Of a DNA stretch of 24,581 bases, positions 1 through 8,028 are shown one piece after another. Source of the DNA: an uncultured Clostridiaceae bacterium (GTDB taxonomy: Bacteria > Bacillota > Clostridia > TANB77 > CAG-465); NCBI GenBank assembly GCA_964371585.1, contig CAYJMD010000006.1, positions 20,250 to 44,830 of the forward strand, written 5' to 3'. The translations under genes were made by a program, and so were the position numbers. A model generated the notes under the pieces. It did no database searches and was not told where the DNA came from. It saw only the letters and a list, made by a program, of their open reading frames with translations. How positions within the stretch are numbered: position 1 is the stretch's first letter; every line of letters begins with the position of its first letter.

Positions 1-290
1 AAAAAAATTTTGTTGATACAAATCTCTAATCTTTATCAATTGTTAAAGATTCATATATTTAATATACAATATTAATTATATCACATTTTAGGTGTTATGT
101 CAACTGTTTATACTAAAAAATAATATTATTTAGTAATAATTAAAAAATAGTGACATTATAATAGATATATCTTGAGTATATATTTAAATATAACTATTAT
201 ATTTGAGGAAAAAATAATATTTATGTGAAATGATTTTTATACAAATATTGGTATTAAAAGAAAGTTTTTGATTATTAAAACACTTTTTTG

Positions 291-319
291 TTGAAAAATA
301 GTTTTAAATGTGATATAAT
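291..319 (+). promoter_or_regulatory. sigma-A-type promoter candidate for the GT4 gene
   Basis: TTGAAA at 291-296, 17-nt spacer, TGa at 311-313 directly before TATAAT at 314-319; about 40 nt upstream of the ORF. A+T-rich DNA gives chance matches, so confidence is moderate. Confidence 0.5.
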
Positions 320-360
320 GAGTAAGCTATTGTTTAATAAATAGTAAGTTTGCCAAAGGG

Positions 361-1383
361 GTGATTATTATAAAGTCAATTATGTTTTTTAGACCAATGT
401 TTTATATGGGAGGTACTGAAATAGCCATTTTGAGTCTTATTTCTAGATTAGCAAATGATAATGTTAAAATATATATAGGATATACTGATGATAAATCAGA
501 TATTGAGCTATTAAATAGATATAAGGATTACGCTGAAGTTGTTAAAGTAACAGAAGAGATTAACGTTGATATATTAATTAACTGTTCACCATATTCAACT
601 GCATTTAAATTATGTGATATAATTAAAAGAGATAAAACATATTTATGGTTTCATCATTTTGGTGGAAGAGATGAGTCTATATTATCTAATGAAGGAATGA
701 TTAAAAAATTAGATAAAATAGTTGTTGTCAGTGAATATACTAAACAATTAATGCTTAATCAACCATATAAGGATCTTGTTAAAGATAAAATAGAAGTGAT
801 ATACAATGTTATTAATGCTAAAAAGATAATAGAAAGTTCTAAAGAGGTTTGCAATTTAGAATTATCAAAAACTTTAAATATAGTTACTGTTAGTAGACTT
901 TGCCATGAAAAAGGATTTAAAAGGGTTAAAATAGTGGCTAAATATTTAAAAGAAAAAAATATAGATTTCAAATGGTATATTATTGGTAGTAGTTATTATG
1001 CAAAAATAGAGAAAGAAATAATAAAAAGTTTTAAAGAGTACAAAGATAATTTTGTATTTATGGGATTTTTAGATAATCCATTCCCTATTGTTAGACAATG
1101 TGATTATTTAGCATTACTTAGTGATGAGGAAACTTGGGGACTTGTTTTAACAGAGTCTAAAATACTTAAAGTACCATGTATTGTTTCAAATTTTGATGTT
1201 GCATATGAGCAAATAACTGATAATGTAGATGGTATAATATTAGATAAACATGATACTGATTCGTATAAAGATAAAATTGATACTATATTAAACAGCAAAG
1301 AAAAATTAAAATCAAATTTAGAAAATTTTCAATATACAAACAAAGAAATTGTACTTAATTGGAAATCACTATTAAATATATAA
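361..1383 (+). CDS. GT-B fold glycosyltransferase, family 4-like (retaining)
   Basis: 340-aa ORF. N-terminal MGGTEIAILSLISRL resembles the GT4 N-domain. C-terminal EETWGLVLTESKILKVPCIVSN contains an E-x7-E motif typical of GT4/GT1 enzymes. SD-like AAAGGGG lies at 354-360. The start is uncertain: GTG 361 sits very close to the SD, and ATG 382 is an alternative. Confidence 0.75.
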   Translation: MIIIKSIMFFRPMFYMGGTEIAILSLISRLANDNVKIYIGYTDDKSDIELLNRYKDYAEVVKVTEEINVDILINCSPYSTAFKLCDIIKRDKTYLWFHHFGGRDESILSNEGMIKKLDKIVVVSEYTKQLMLNQPYKDLVKDKIEVIYNVINAKKIIESSKEVCNLELSKTLNIVTVSRLCHEKGFKRVKIVAKYLKEKNIDFKWYIIGSSYYAKIEKEIIKSFKEYKDNFVFMGFLDNPFPIVRQCDYLALLSDEETWGLVLTESKILKVPCIVSNFDVAYEQITDNVDGIILDKHDTDSYKDKIDTILNSKEKLKSNLENFQYTNKEIVLNWKSLLNI

Positions 1384-1388
1384 AAATT

Positions 1389-1421
1389 AACATCTATCAG
1401 CAAGCTAATAGATGTTTTTTT
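1389..1421. terminator. bidirectional rho-independent terminator between convergent GT genes
   Basis: Inverted repeat AACATCTAT (1389-1397) / ATAGATGTT (1408-1416), followed by a T-run to 1421 and preceded by an A-run. It sits between the stop of 361..1383 and the stop of 1430..2233. Confidence 0.6.
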
Positions 1422-1429
1422 ATATTATT

Positions 1430-2233
1430 TTATTTATTATCTCTTATTAATTCTTCAAACCTATTTATTCCAGTAGACATTAATTCATTTAAGACAGCAA
1501 CTCTTGCTTCTAACTTATCATTATTAATACGTTTTAGTATTTCATTTTTATACTGTGGATAATCTAAGCAAAGATAGTGCATACTTGATATTTGTATTAT
1601 TAAATCTATCATTTGTTTTTCGCCTACTTCTGTTGTTGTATTACTATTTTCAACTTTTCTATAAGTAAAGAAAGATTCATTAAAGTACGCTTCACTTGTA
1701 CATTTACATAAGACAGTCATAGTAAATAAAACATCTTCATAAGTACATTTTTCTAAGAATTTTAAATCAGATACTATTGATCTTTTAACACAATATGTAG
1801 GTACTCCTAAAAATTTAGTAGTTTCTATTCTTTCTTTTAAAGATACTACATCTTGAATTATTTCTGTAGTAGAATTATCAAGAAATATTTTTGTATAATT
1901 AAAGTATATTATATCTTCAGATTTTATTAATTTGTCTAGTTTTTCAAGTACAGTATTATTAGATAAGTAATCATCACTATCTATGAATATTAAATATTCA
2001 CCTTTTGAAGCTGAAATACCTAAATTACGAGCTCCACCAGATCTAAGTCTGTTACTATGTAATATTTTAATGTCATATTTAGATGCTATTTCAAGACTAT
2101 TATCAGTGCTACCATCATCTACAAATATTACTTCGTATTTAGATTTATCAAGCGTTTGGTTAGTTATACTATCTAAACACTCTTTTATATATATTTCTTT
2201 ATTATAGTTTGGTATTATTATCGAAAATTTCAT
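1430..2233 (-). CDS. family 2 glycosyltransferase (GT-A fold)
   Basis: 267-aa ORF starting MKFSIIIPNYNKEIYIKECLDSITNQT...VIFVDDGSTDNS...FIDSDD. This is the classic GT2 N-terminal signature with a DxD-type motif. AAGGAG RBS upstream on the minus strand. Confidence 0.85.
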   Translation of the reverse strand: MKFSIIIPNYNKEIYIKECLDSITNQTLDKSKYEVIFVDDGSTDNSLEIASKYDIKILHSNRLRSGGARNLGISASKGEYLIFIDSDDYLSNNTVLEKLDKLIKSEDIIYFNYTKIFLDNSTTEIIQDVVSLKERIETTKFLGVPTYCVKRSIVSDLKFLEKCTYEDVLFTMTVLCKCTSEAYFNESFFTYRKVENSNTTTEVGEKQMIDLIIQISSMHYLCLDYPQYKNEILKRINNDKLEARVAVLNELMSTGINRFEELIRDNK

Positions 2234-2269
2234 AAAAACTCCTTTTAGTTATAGTTATTCTATCTAAAA

Positions 2270-2298
2270 ATTATAGCATAATGATAAATTAAAGTCAA
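2270..2298 (-). promoter_or_regulatory. sigma-A-type promoter candidate for the GT2 gene
   Basis: On the minus strand: TTGACT (plus-strand 2293-2298), 17-nt spacer, TATAAT (plus-strand 2270-2275). Confidence 0.55.
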
Positions 2299-2360
2299 AT
2301 ATGGATAGATATGTAGTAGATAGATTTAGATATTATTTTTATGTAAATTCTATAGTTTAA

Positions 2361-2389
2361 TTGACTTTTACCAATAAGTTTTATATAAT
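2361..2389 (+). promoter_or_regulatory. sigma-A-type promoter candidate for the valS transcription unit
   Basis: TTGACT 2361-2366, 17-nt spacer, TATAAT 2384-2389. Implies a leader of about 230 nt before valS. Confidence 0.55.
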
Positions 2390-2426
2390 ATATATGTAAC
2401 AAATGTAAGAGAAAATGAGGATAGTT

Positions 2427-2615
2427 ATGAACGAGTTTATTATAATTTTACTTTTAATATTAATTCTTGTATTAATACTAGGTATTTTTAATGCAAGAAA
2501 GATATTAAAAAAGAGAATGGGAAATGAAATAAAAAATGATACCGTCAGAAGTTTTAAGATTATGTGTTATGTGTTACTTATAGTAACATTAGTGTTTTTA
2601 AAATTTATGATGTAA
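2427..2615 (+). CDS. small hydrophobic protein with two predicted TM segments (hypothetical) in the valS leader
   Basis: The ORF track gives 2415..2615. GAGGA at 2417-2421 is 5 nt before ATG 2427, so I prefer that start. Sequence EFIIILLLILILVLILGIF...KKR...IMCYVLLIVTLVFLKF. The stop lies next to the valS RBS. Could be spurious in A+T-rich leader DNA. Confidence 0.35.
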   Translation: MNEFIIILLLILILVLILGIFNARKILKKRMGNEIKNDTVRSFKIMCYVLLIVTLVFLKFMM

Positions 2616-2627
2616 GGAGAGATAATA

Positions 2628-5252
2628 ATGGAAAATAAATTTATTCCAAAAAATATAGAGAGTACGATGTACAAAAATTGGGAAGAGAAAGGTTATTTTA
2701 AAGCAACAATTGATAAGACTAAAAAACCTTTTGTAATAGTTATGCCACCACCAAATGTTACAGGTAAGTTACATATGGGGCATGCACTAGATGATGTTAT
2801 ACAGGATGTTCTAATTAGGTATAATAGAATGAAAGGTGTACCAACTTTATGGGTTCCAGGTACAGATCATGCAAGTATAGCAACAGAAGTAAAAGTTTTA
2901 GAAAGATTAAAATCTCAAGGTAAAACAAAAGATATGCTTGGCAGAGAAGGTTTCTTAAAAGAAGCTTGGGCATGGAAAGAAGAGTTTGGAAATGAGATAA
3001 AAAATCAAGTAAGAAAACTTGGTGCTTCATGTGACTGGACAAAAGAACGTTTTACAATGGATGAAGTTTGTACAGAAGCTGTATTAGAAGCGTTTATAAA
3101 GCTATATGAAAAAAACTATATATATAAAGGTGAAAGAATAGTTAACTGGTGTCCTTCTTGTAAAACTTCTATATCTGAAACAGAAGTAGAATATAAAGAA
3201 AATGAAGGTAATCTATGGCATATAAGATATAAAGTTGAAGATAGTGATGAATACTTAACTGTAGCAACAACAAGACCTGAAACAATGTTAGGTGATACAG
3301 CAGTTGCAGTATATCCATCAGATGAAAGATATAAACATTTAATAGGTAAAAATGTATTACTACCTTTAACAGATAGAAAAATACCTGTTGTAGCAGACGA
3401 ATATGTTGAAAAAGAATTTGGTACAGGTGTAGTTAAGATTACTCCTGCACATGATCCAAATGATTTTATGGTAGGACAAAGACATAAATTACCACGTATT
3501 AATATTATGAATGAAGATGGTAGTTTAAATGAACTTGCAGGTAAATATAAAGATTTAGATAGATTTGAAGCTAGAAAACAAATTGTTGAAGATTTACAAA
3601 AAGAAGATTATTTAGTTAAAGTTGAATCACATAATAATAATGTTGGAACTTGTTATAGATGTCATAGTACAATAGAACCATATTTATCATTACAATGGTT
3701 TGTAAAAATGGAAGAACTTGTTAAACCAGCACTTGAAGCTGTTAGAAATGATGATATAAGATTTATTCCAAAAAGATTTGAAAAACAATATTTCCATTGG
3801 ATGGAAAATATACAAGATTGGTGTATTTCAAGACAGTTATGGTGGGGTCATAGAATACCAGCATATTACTGTGATAGTTGTGATCATATTACTATATCTA
3901 AAACAAATGAAACAGTTTGTAAATGTGGAGGTAAATTATCACAAGATGAAGATACTTTAGATACATGGTTTAGTTCTGCTTTATGGCCGTTTTCTGTATT
4001 TGGATGGCCAAATAATACAGAAGAATTAGATTATTTCTATCCTACATCAACATTGGTAACAGGGTATGATATTATACCATTTTGGGTTAGTAAAATGATA
4101 TTCTCGGGATTTGAATATACAAATGATAAACCTTTTGAAAATGTATATATACATGGTTTAGTAAGAGATGCAAATGGCCTTAAAATGTCTAAATCTTTAG
4201 GTAATGGTATTGATCCAATTGAACTTATTGAAAAATATGGTACAGATGCTTTAAGATTTTCATTAGTTCAAAATACTTCAGCTGGAAATGATATTAAATA
4301 TTCAATGGATAGAATTGAAAGTGCATATACATTTACAAATAAGTTATGGAATGCAGCTAAATTTGTTGACATGTATCTTACAGAAGATATAAGAAGTGAA
4401 TTATTAAATATTGATCAAAAAGATTTAATGTTTAAATCTGAAGATAAATGGATTATTAATAAATTAAATACTACAATAATCAATACTAGAGCTAGTTTAG
4501 ATAAATTTGATTTGGGAATGGCTTTAAATGAGGTATATAGCTTTATTTGGGACGATTTTTGTGATTGGTATATAGAAATGGTTAAACCTAGATTATATGC
4601 AGAGGATGACTCTACAAGATTAACAGCTATATATACATTAAACTATGTTTTAAAAGATGCTATTAAATTAATACATCCTTACATACCGTTTATAACTGAA
4701 GAAATATATCAAAATTTAGTTAAAACAGATGAAAGTATAATGATCAGTGATTATCCAGAAGTAAAGTTTAATTTTGAAAGTGATGAATTTGATATTGTAA
4801 CAACATCAATAGATTTAATTACAGCAGTAAGAAACATAAGGAGTGAAAATAATATAACTAATTCTAAAAAATTAGAAGTTATAATAGTTTCAAATTCTGA
4901 AGTTGCTGATAAAATTAAAGAAGTTGAAAGTTATATCAAAAAATTATTATCTTTAGAATGCATTGTGTATAAAAATGATGCTAATGAATTAAGTAATTTG
5001 ACTACAATTCATTTAGATGTGCTTGATGTTTACATAGATTTATCTACAGTAGTTAATAAGGAAGAAGAGTTAAGCAAATTAAAATCCGAAAAAGAAACAG
5101 CTTTAAAAGAATTAAACCGTGCAAAAGGAATGCTTTCAAATGAAAAGTTTGTAAGTAAAGCCCCAGCACAATTAATTGAAAAAGAAAAAGAAAAAATAGC
5201 TAAATATGAATTGATTTTAGAAAAAATTGAGGAAAGAATAGCGAATATGTAG
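2628..5252 (+). CDS. valS: valine--tRNA ligase
   Basis: 874 aa. HIGH-type motif PPPNVTGKLHMGHA, KMSKS motif (LKMSKSLGNG), editing-domain and anticodon-binding regions, and a C-terminal coiled-coil typical of ValRS. AAGGAG RBS at about 2614-2619. Confidence 0.97.
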   Translation: MENKFIPKNIESTMYKNWEEKGYFKATIDKTKKPFVIVMPPPNVTGKLHMGHALDDVIQDVLIRYNRMKGVPTLWVPGTDHASIATEVKVLERLKSQGKTKDMLGREGFLKEAWAWKEEFGNEIKNQVRKLGASCDWTKERFTMDEVCTEAVLEAFIKLYEKNYIYKGERIVNWCPSCKTSISETEVEYKENEGNLWHIRYKVEDSDEYLTVATTRPETMLGDTAVAVYPSDERYKHLIGKNVLLPLTDRKIPVVADEYVEKEFGTGVVKITPAHDPNDFMVGQRHKLPRINIMNEDGSLNELAGKYKDLDRFEARKQIVEDLQKEDYLVKVESHNNNVGTCYRCHSTIEPYLSLQWFVKMEELVKPALEAVRNDDIRFIPKRFEKQYFHWMENIQDWCISRQLWWGHRIPAYYCDSCDHITISKTNETVCKCGGKLSQDEDTLDTWFSSALWPFSVFGWPNNTEELDYFYPTSTLVTGYDIIPFWVSKMIFSGFEYTNDKPFENVYIHGLVRDANGLKMSKSLGNGIDPIELIEKYGTDALRFSLVQNTSAGNDIKYSMDRIESAYTFTNKLWNAAKFVDMYLTEDIRSELLNIDQKDLMFKSEDKWIINKLNTTIINTRASLDKFDLGMALNEVYSFIWDDFCDWYIEMVKPRLYAEDDSTRLTAIYTLNYVLKDAIKLIHPYIPFITEEIYQNLVKTDESIMISDYPEVKFNFESDEFDIVTTSIDLITAVRNIRSENNITNSKKLEVIIVSNSEVADKIKEVESYIKKLLSLECIVYKNDANELSNLTTIHLDVLDVYIDLSTVVNKEEELSKLKSEKETALKELNRAKGMLSNEKFVSKAPAQLIEKEKEKIAKYELILEKIEERIANM

Positions 5253-5258
5253 AATAGA

Positions 5259-5290
5259 AGATTAGGTATAGAAATATATCTAATCTTTTA
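5259..5290 (+). terminator. rho-independent terminator after valS
   Basis: AGATTAGGTATA (5259-5270), GAAA loop, TATATCTAATCT (5275-5286) with one G-U pair, then a TTTT run. Confidence 0.7.
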
Positions 5291-5308
5291 ATATTAATTG
5301 CTTTTAAT

Positions 5309-5337
5309 TTGTTTTTCATATTAAAAAGTGATATAAT
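5309..5337 (+). promoter_or_regulatory. sigma-A-type promoter candidate
   Basis: TTGTTT 5309-5314, 17-nt spacer ending in TGa, TATAAT 5332-5337. Confidence 0.5.
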
Positions 5338-5433
5338 TAAAAAGTAGTAAAATTTAAATAGATACATAAGGTTATAATATGTATATATTTAATTAAATAA
5401 AGAAATAATAAGTACTATAAGAATGGAGTTAAA

Positions 5434-6486
5434 ATGAACAAAGAAAAAGTAATGAACATTTTGAGTATACTATTTGTTATATTTGTTTTTTTCTATACAG
5501 TATATATGGTATATCAAGATGGATTTCATAATATATCACAAATAATGGCAAGTATGGATTATACATGGATACTTGTAGGTCTTGCTGCTACAGTATTTTA
5601 TTGGTGGCTTGAAGGACTATGTTTCTATTATATAACTAAAAAAATGTATCCAAATGAAAAGTTTAGATCATGTTTTAGACTAGCAATAATAGGAAGATTG
5701 TTTAATAATATTACACCTATGTCTGCAGGGGATCAACCTATGCAGCTTATGGTAATGAAAAGTGAAGGTAAAACAATATCAAATGGTGCAAGTATATTAT
5801 TAACAAGATTTATAGTATATCAATTAGTTTTAGTTGCATATACAATAATAATTATGATAGCTCAATATACTAAGTTTGCTGAGCTTATAGATCAATATAT
5901 GATATTTGCAATAATTGGTTTTATAGCTAACATTATTGTTGTTATGTTTTTAATAATGCTTGCTATTAATAAGAATATAGTAATGAAAATGGGTAGAGGC
6001 TTAGTAAAACTATTATATAAGATAAGAATAGTAAAAGACAAAGAAAAAATGATAACTAAAGTGGAAGAAACGGTTACAGAATTTCAACATCAGTTTGAAA
6101 TGATGAAAAAAGAAAAGATGATGATTTTTAAAGTTGCACTTGCAACAGCAATCGAAATAACTGTATTATATGCAATAAACTATGTTGTATATAGAGCATT
6201 AGGATTTAATGAATCATCATTCTTAACGATTATATCAGCTCAAGCAGTACTTGCAATGGTTACAGTGTATATGCCAACTCCTGGAGCTTCACTTGCTGCT
6301 GAAGGTGGCTTTGCTATTATATATAGTACATTTTTTCCATCTAATGTTATGGCAATGGCAGTACTACTATGGAGATTTTTTACATTCTATTTACCAATAA
6401 TAGTTGGAACAGTAGTATTTTTTATGAGACCTAAAAAAGAGTTGTCTTTAAAAGAAGAAGATGAAGAACTAACAGTAGAAAATTAA
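5434..6486 (+). CDS. polytopic membrane protein, LPG-synthase-TM / flippase-like family (UPF0104-type)
   Basis: 350 aa with about 8 hydrophobic segments. RLAIIGRLFNNITPMSAGDQPMQLMVM resembles the conserved loop of the lysylphosphatidylglycerol-synthase TM-domain family. RBS ATGGAG. Family assignment is from memory of the motif only. Confidence 0.6.
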   Translation: MNKEKVMNILSILFVIFVFFYTVYMVYQDGFHNISQIMASMDYTWILVGLAATVFYWWLEGLCFYYITKKMYPNEKFRSCFRLAIIGRLFNNITPMSAGDQPMQLMVMKSEGKTISNGASILLTRFIVYQLVLVAYTIIIMIAQYTKFAELIDQYMIFAIIGFIANIIVVMFLIMLAINKNIVMKMGRGLVKLLYKIRIVKDKEKMITKVEETVTEFQHQFEMMKKEKMMIFKVALATAIEITVLYAINYVVYRALGFNESSFLTIISAQAVLAMVTVYMPTPGASLAAEGGFAIIYSTFFPSNVMAMAVLLWRFFTFYLPIIVGTVVFFMRPKKELSLKEEDEELTVEN

Positions 6487-6542
6487 TATAATATGAAACA
6501 AATGACTTCTTTATACATAAAATGTGTATAAAGGAGTTTTTT

Positions 6543-6980
6543 ATGAGCAGAATAAGTAAATTATATTATAATCACAATTTAAATCAAAATATAAAAAATA
6601 GACAAAATACTGCTAATCAAATAGAAATATATCATACAAATAAGCAAGTGATAAAAAGTAATGATTGTATCAAATTTGATAGTATTAGAACTAAAAAAGG
6701 ATCTATAATTAAATTAAATGATCAAGATATAATTGTAGAAGCTGGTAATTATAAGATAGAAATTGAAATGAGTGATATAAGTGAAATAAAAGAAATGTTA
6801 CTAAGTATTTGCAATTCAAATAATGAATATAAAAGAGTTCTTCTAAAAATAGATAAAGTAAATAATCATAGTGAAATGATTAATGTTACAATTAAAAAAA
6901 AAGAAATCTTTAGGTTTAAATGTATATTAGAAGATGAAATGGAATTTAAATTGAATAAAATAATAATAACAAAGGTATAA
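6543..6980 (+). CDS. hypothetical protein (N/I/K-rich, no recognisable motif)
   Basis: The ORF track starts at 6522. AAGGAG at 6531-6536 precedes ATG 6543 by 6 nt, so 6543 is preferred. No family recognised. Confidence 0.5.
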   Translation: MSRISKLYYNHNLNQNIKNRQNTANQIEIYHTNKQVIKSNDCIKFDSIRTKKGSIIKLNDQDIIVEAGNYKIEIEMSDISEIKEMLLSICNSNNEYKRVLLKIDKVNNHSEMINVTIKKKEIFRFKCILEDEMEFKLNKIIITKV

Positions 6981-6994
6981 AGTTTACATAAGTA

Positions 6995-7023
6995 TTTACA
7001 AATTAAGTTTTTTGTGATATAAT
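6995..7023 (+). promoter_or_regulatory. sigma-A-type promoter candidate
   Basis: TTTACA 6995-7000, 17-nt spacer ending in TGa, TATAAT 7018-7023. Confidence 0.5.
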
Positions 7024-7071
7024 TAACTGTATTCAAAAATAAAACCAATTTATAATTAAAATGGAGGATTT

Positions 7072-7455
7072 ATGCCAAGAAAAATAATTGAATGGGCAAA
7101 ATTATTGCCACATATTGAAGCTTGTATACCTGATGGTAAGTTAATGAATATTTGTTTAAAGGATGAAAAGGAATTAACTTATGAAGATAATATGTATTTA
7201 AATGAAGTGAAATCTAAGTATAAAGATATAAATTGTATGTACTTAATATATAAAATGAGAGAAAATATATGTTATTTATTTAAATGTGGAATAGGATCTA
7301 AAAATATATTTGGGTATATTTATCCTGTATATGAAATTATTTCAGATGAAAATTATTATTTGAAAATATTTGGTAACAATAGAGATTCTGAAGAGTGTAA
7401 AAACTTATTGCAATTAGCAGAAGAAATGAAAGTATTTATGAAAAGAGTTTTTTGA
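7072..7455 (+). CDS. hypothetical protein
   Basis: 127-aa ORF with a GGAGG-like RBS (ATGGAGGA) 5 nt upstream. No family recognised. Confidence 0.55.
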   Translation: MPRKIIEWAKLLPHIEACIPDGKLMNICLKDEKELTYEDNMYLNEVKSKYKDINCMYLIYKMRENICYLFKCGIGSKNIFGYIYPVYEIISDENYYLKIFGNNRDSEECKNLLQLAEEMKVFMKRVF

Positions 7456-7467
7456 GACTCTTTTTTT
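7441..7467 (+). terminator. possible terminator overlapping the stop codon of 7072..7455
   Basis: AAAAGAGT (7441-7448) pairs with ACTCTTTT (7457-7464), followed by more T. The stem is A/U-rich, so the call is weak. Confidence 0.4.
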
Positions 7468-7520
7468 ATGTTTAAAATTAAGTAAAAAATATCAAATAGA
7501 TGAAAAATTTGTATTTAGAT

Positions 7521-7550
7521 AACAAAAAACTCACAAATAAATTTGTGAGT
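7521..7550 (-). terminator. rho-independent terminator of the tRNA cluster
   Basis: ACTCACAAAT (7529-7538) / ATTTGTGAGT (7541-7550). On the minus strand the hairpin is followed by TTTTTTGTT, and it lies immediately 3' of tRNA-Thr. Confidence 0.7.
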
Positions 7551-7555
7551 TAATT

Positions 7556-7631
7556 TGGAGCTGAAAGTCAGAGTCGAACTGACGACCTACGGTTTACAAG
7601 ACCGTTGCTCTACCAACTGAGCTATTCCAGC
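7556..7631 (-). tRNA. tRNA-Thr (anticodon UGU)
   Basis: Reverse complement GCTGGAATAGCTCAGTTGGTAGAGCAACGGTCTTGTAAACCGTAGGTCGTCAGTTCGACTCTGACTTTCAGCTCCA folds as a cloverleaf. Anticodon loop CTTGTAA; encoded CCA. Confidence 0.95.
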
Positions 7632-7636
7632 AATAA

Positions 7637-7711
7637 TGGTGACCCGTACGAGAATCGAACTCGTGACCCCGCCGTGAAAGGGCGGTATCTTAACCTCTTG
7701 ACCAACGGGCC
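7637..7711 (-). tRNA. tRNA-Glu (anticodon UUC)
   Basis: Reverse complement GGCCCGTTGGTCAAGAGGTTAAGATACCGCCCTTTCACGGCGGGGTCACGAGTTCGATTCTCGTACGGGTCACCA. Anticodon loop CTTTCAC; encoded CCA. Closely resembles Firmicutes tRNA-Glu. Confidence 0.95.
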
Positions 7712-7717
7712 GTTTTA

Positions 7718-7793
7718 TGGTGAGCTATCCGCGGTTCGAACGCGGGACAACTTGATTAAAAGTCAAGTGCTCTGCCAGCTGAGCTAATAGCCC
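7718..7793 (-). tRNA. tRNA-Lys (anticodon UUU)
   Basis: Reverse complement GGGCTATTAGCTCAGCTGGCAGAGCACTTGACTTTTAATCAAGTTGTCCCGCGTTCGAACCGCGGATAGCTCACCA. Anticodon loop CTTTTAA; encoded CCA. Confidence 0.95.
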
Positions 7794-7813
7794 ATAAAAC
7801 TTATTGCTCATAT

Positions 7814-7842
7814 ATAATACTACATTTAGAATTAAATGTCAA
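7814..7842 (-). promoter_or_regulatory. consensus-like sigma-A promoter of the tRNA cluster
   Basis: On the minus strand: TTGACA (plus-strand 7837-7842), 17-nt spacer, TATTAT (plus-strand 7814-7819). About 20 nt upstream of the tRNA-Lys 5' end. Confidence 0.65.
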
Positions 7843-7981
7843 TACTTTTTTACAAATTTGTTAAAAAAAAGTTAAATTAATAAAAGGTGGTAAAAAAATA
7901 AAACAAAACAACAAAAAATAATGATAAATATAGTCTATAAAATCATAATTTGTAACATTATGCAAAACAATATATTTTAAG

Positions 7982-8010
7982 TTGTATGTTAATATATAAA
8001 TTGTTAAAAT
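7982..8010 (+). promoter_or_regulatory. promoter candidate for the T4SS-like operon
   Basis: TTGTAT 7982-7987, 17-nt spacer ending in TGt (8002-8004), TAAAAT 8005-8010. GGTGG RBS at 8017-8021, ATG at 8029. Confidence 0.45.
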
Positions 8011-8028
8011 CTAATTGGTGGTTGAAAT

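Noticed and set aside
1359-1562. 67-aa plus-strand ORF spanning the convergent-gene terminator and the 3' end of the GT2 gene
   Set aside because: It overlaps the terminator hairpin and is antisense to a well-supported GT2 CDS. No RBS and low-complexity sequence.
2537-2546. TGATACCGTC, a partial match to the T-box core (TGGTACCGCG) in the valS leader
   Set aside because: No preceding GGGTGG. The UGGN acceptor-pairing element is broken. The only terminator-like hairpin downstream does not overlap it, as a T-box antiterminator/terminator switch would require. Kept only as a note in the valS-leader finding, pending a covariance-model search.
7605-7787. 60-aa plus-strand ORF in the ORF track
   Set aside because: It lies entirely antisense to the three tRNA genes (Thr, Glu, Lys). 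Its relatively G+C-rich composition comes from the tRNAs, and there is no RBS.
7556-8028. Classical tRNA-targeted genomic island with integrase and att repeats
   Set aside because: The accessory block lies on the 5' (promoter) side of the tRNA cluster. No integrase or recombinase ORF is present anywhere in the window, and I saw no copy of a tRNA 3' end or other clear direct repeat by eye. A computational repeat search is still needed.
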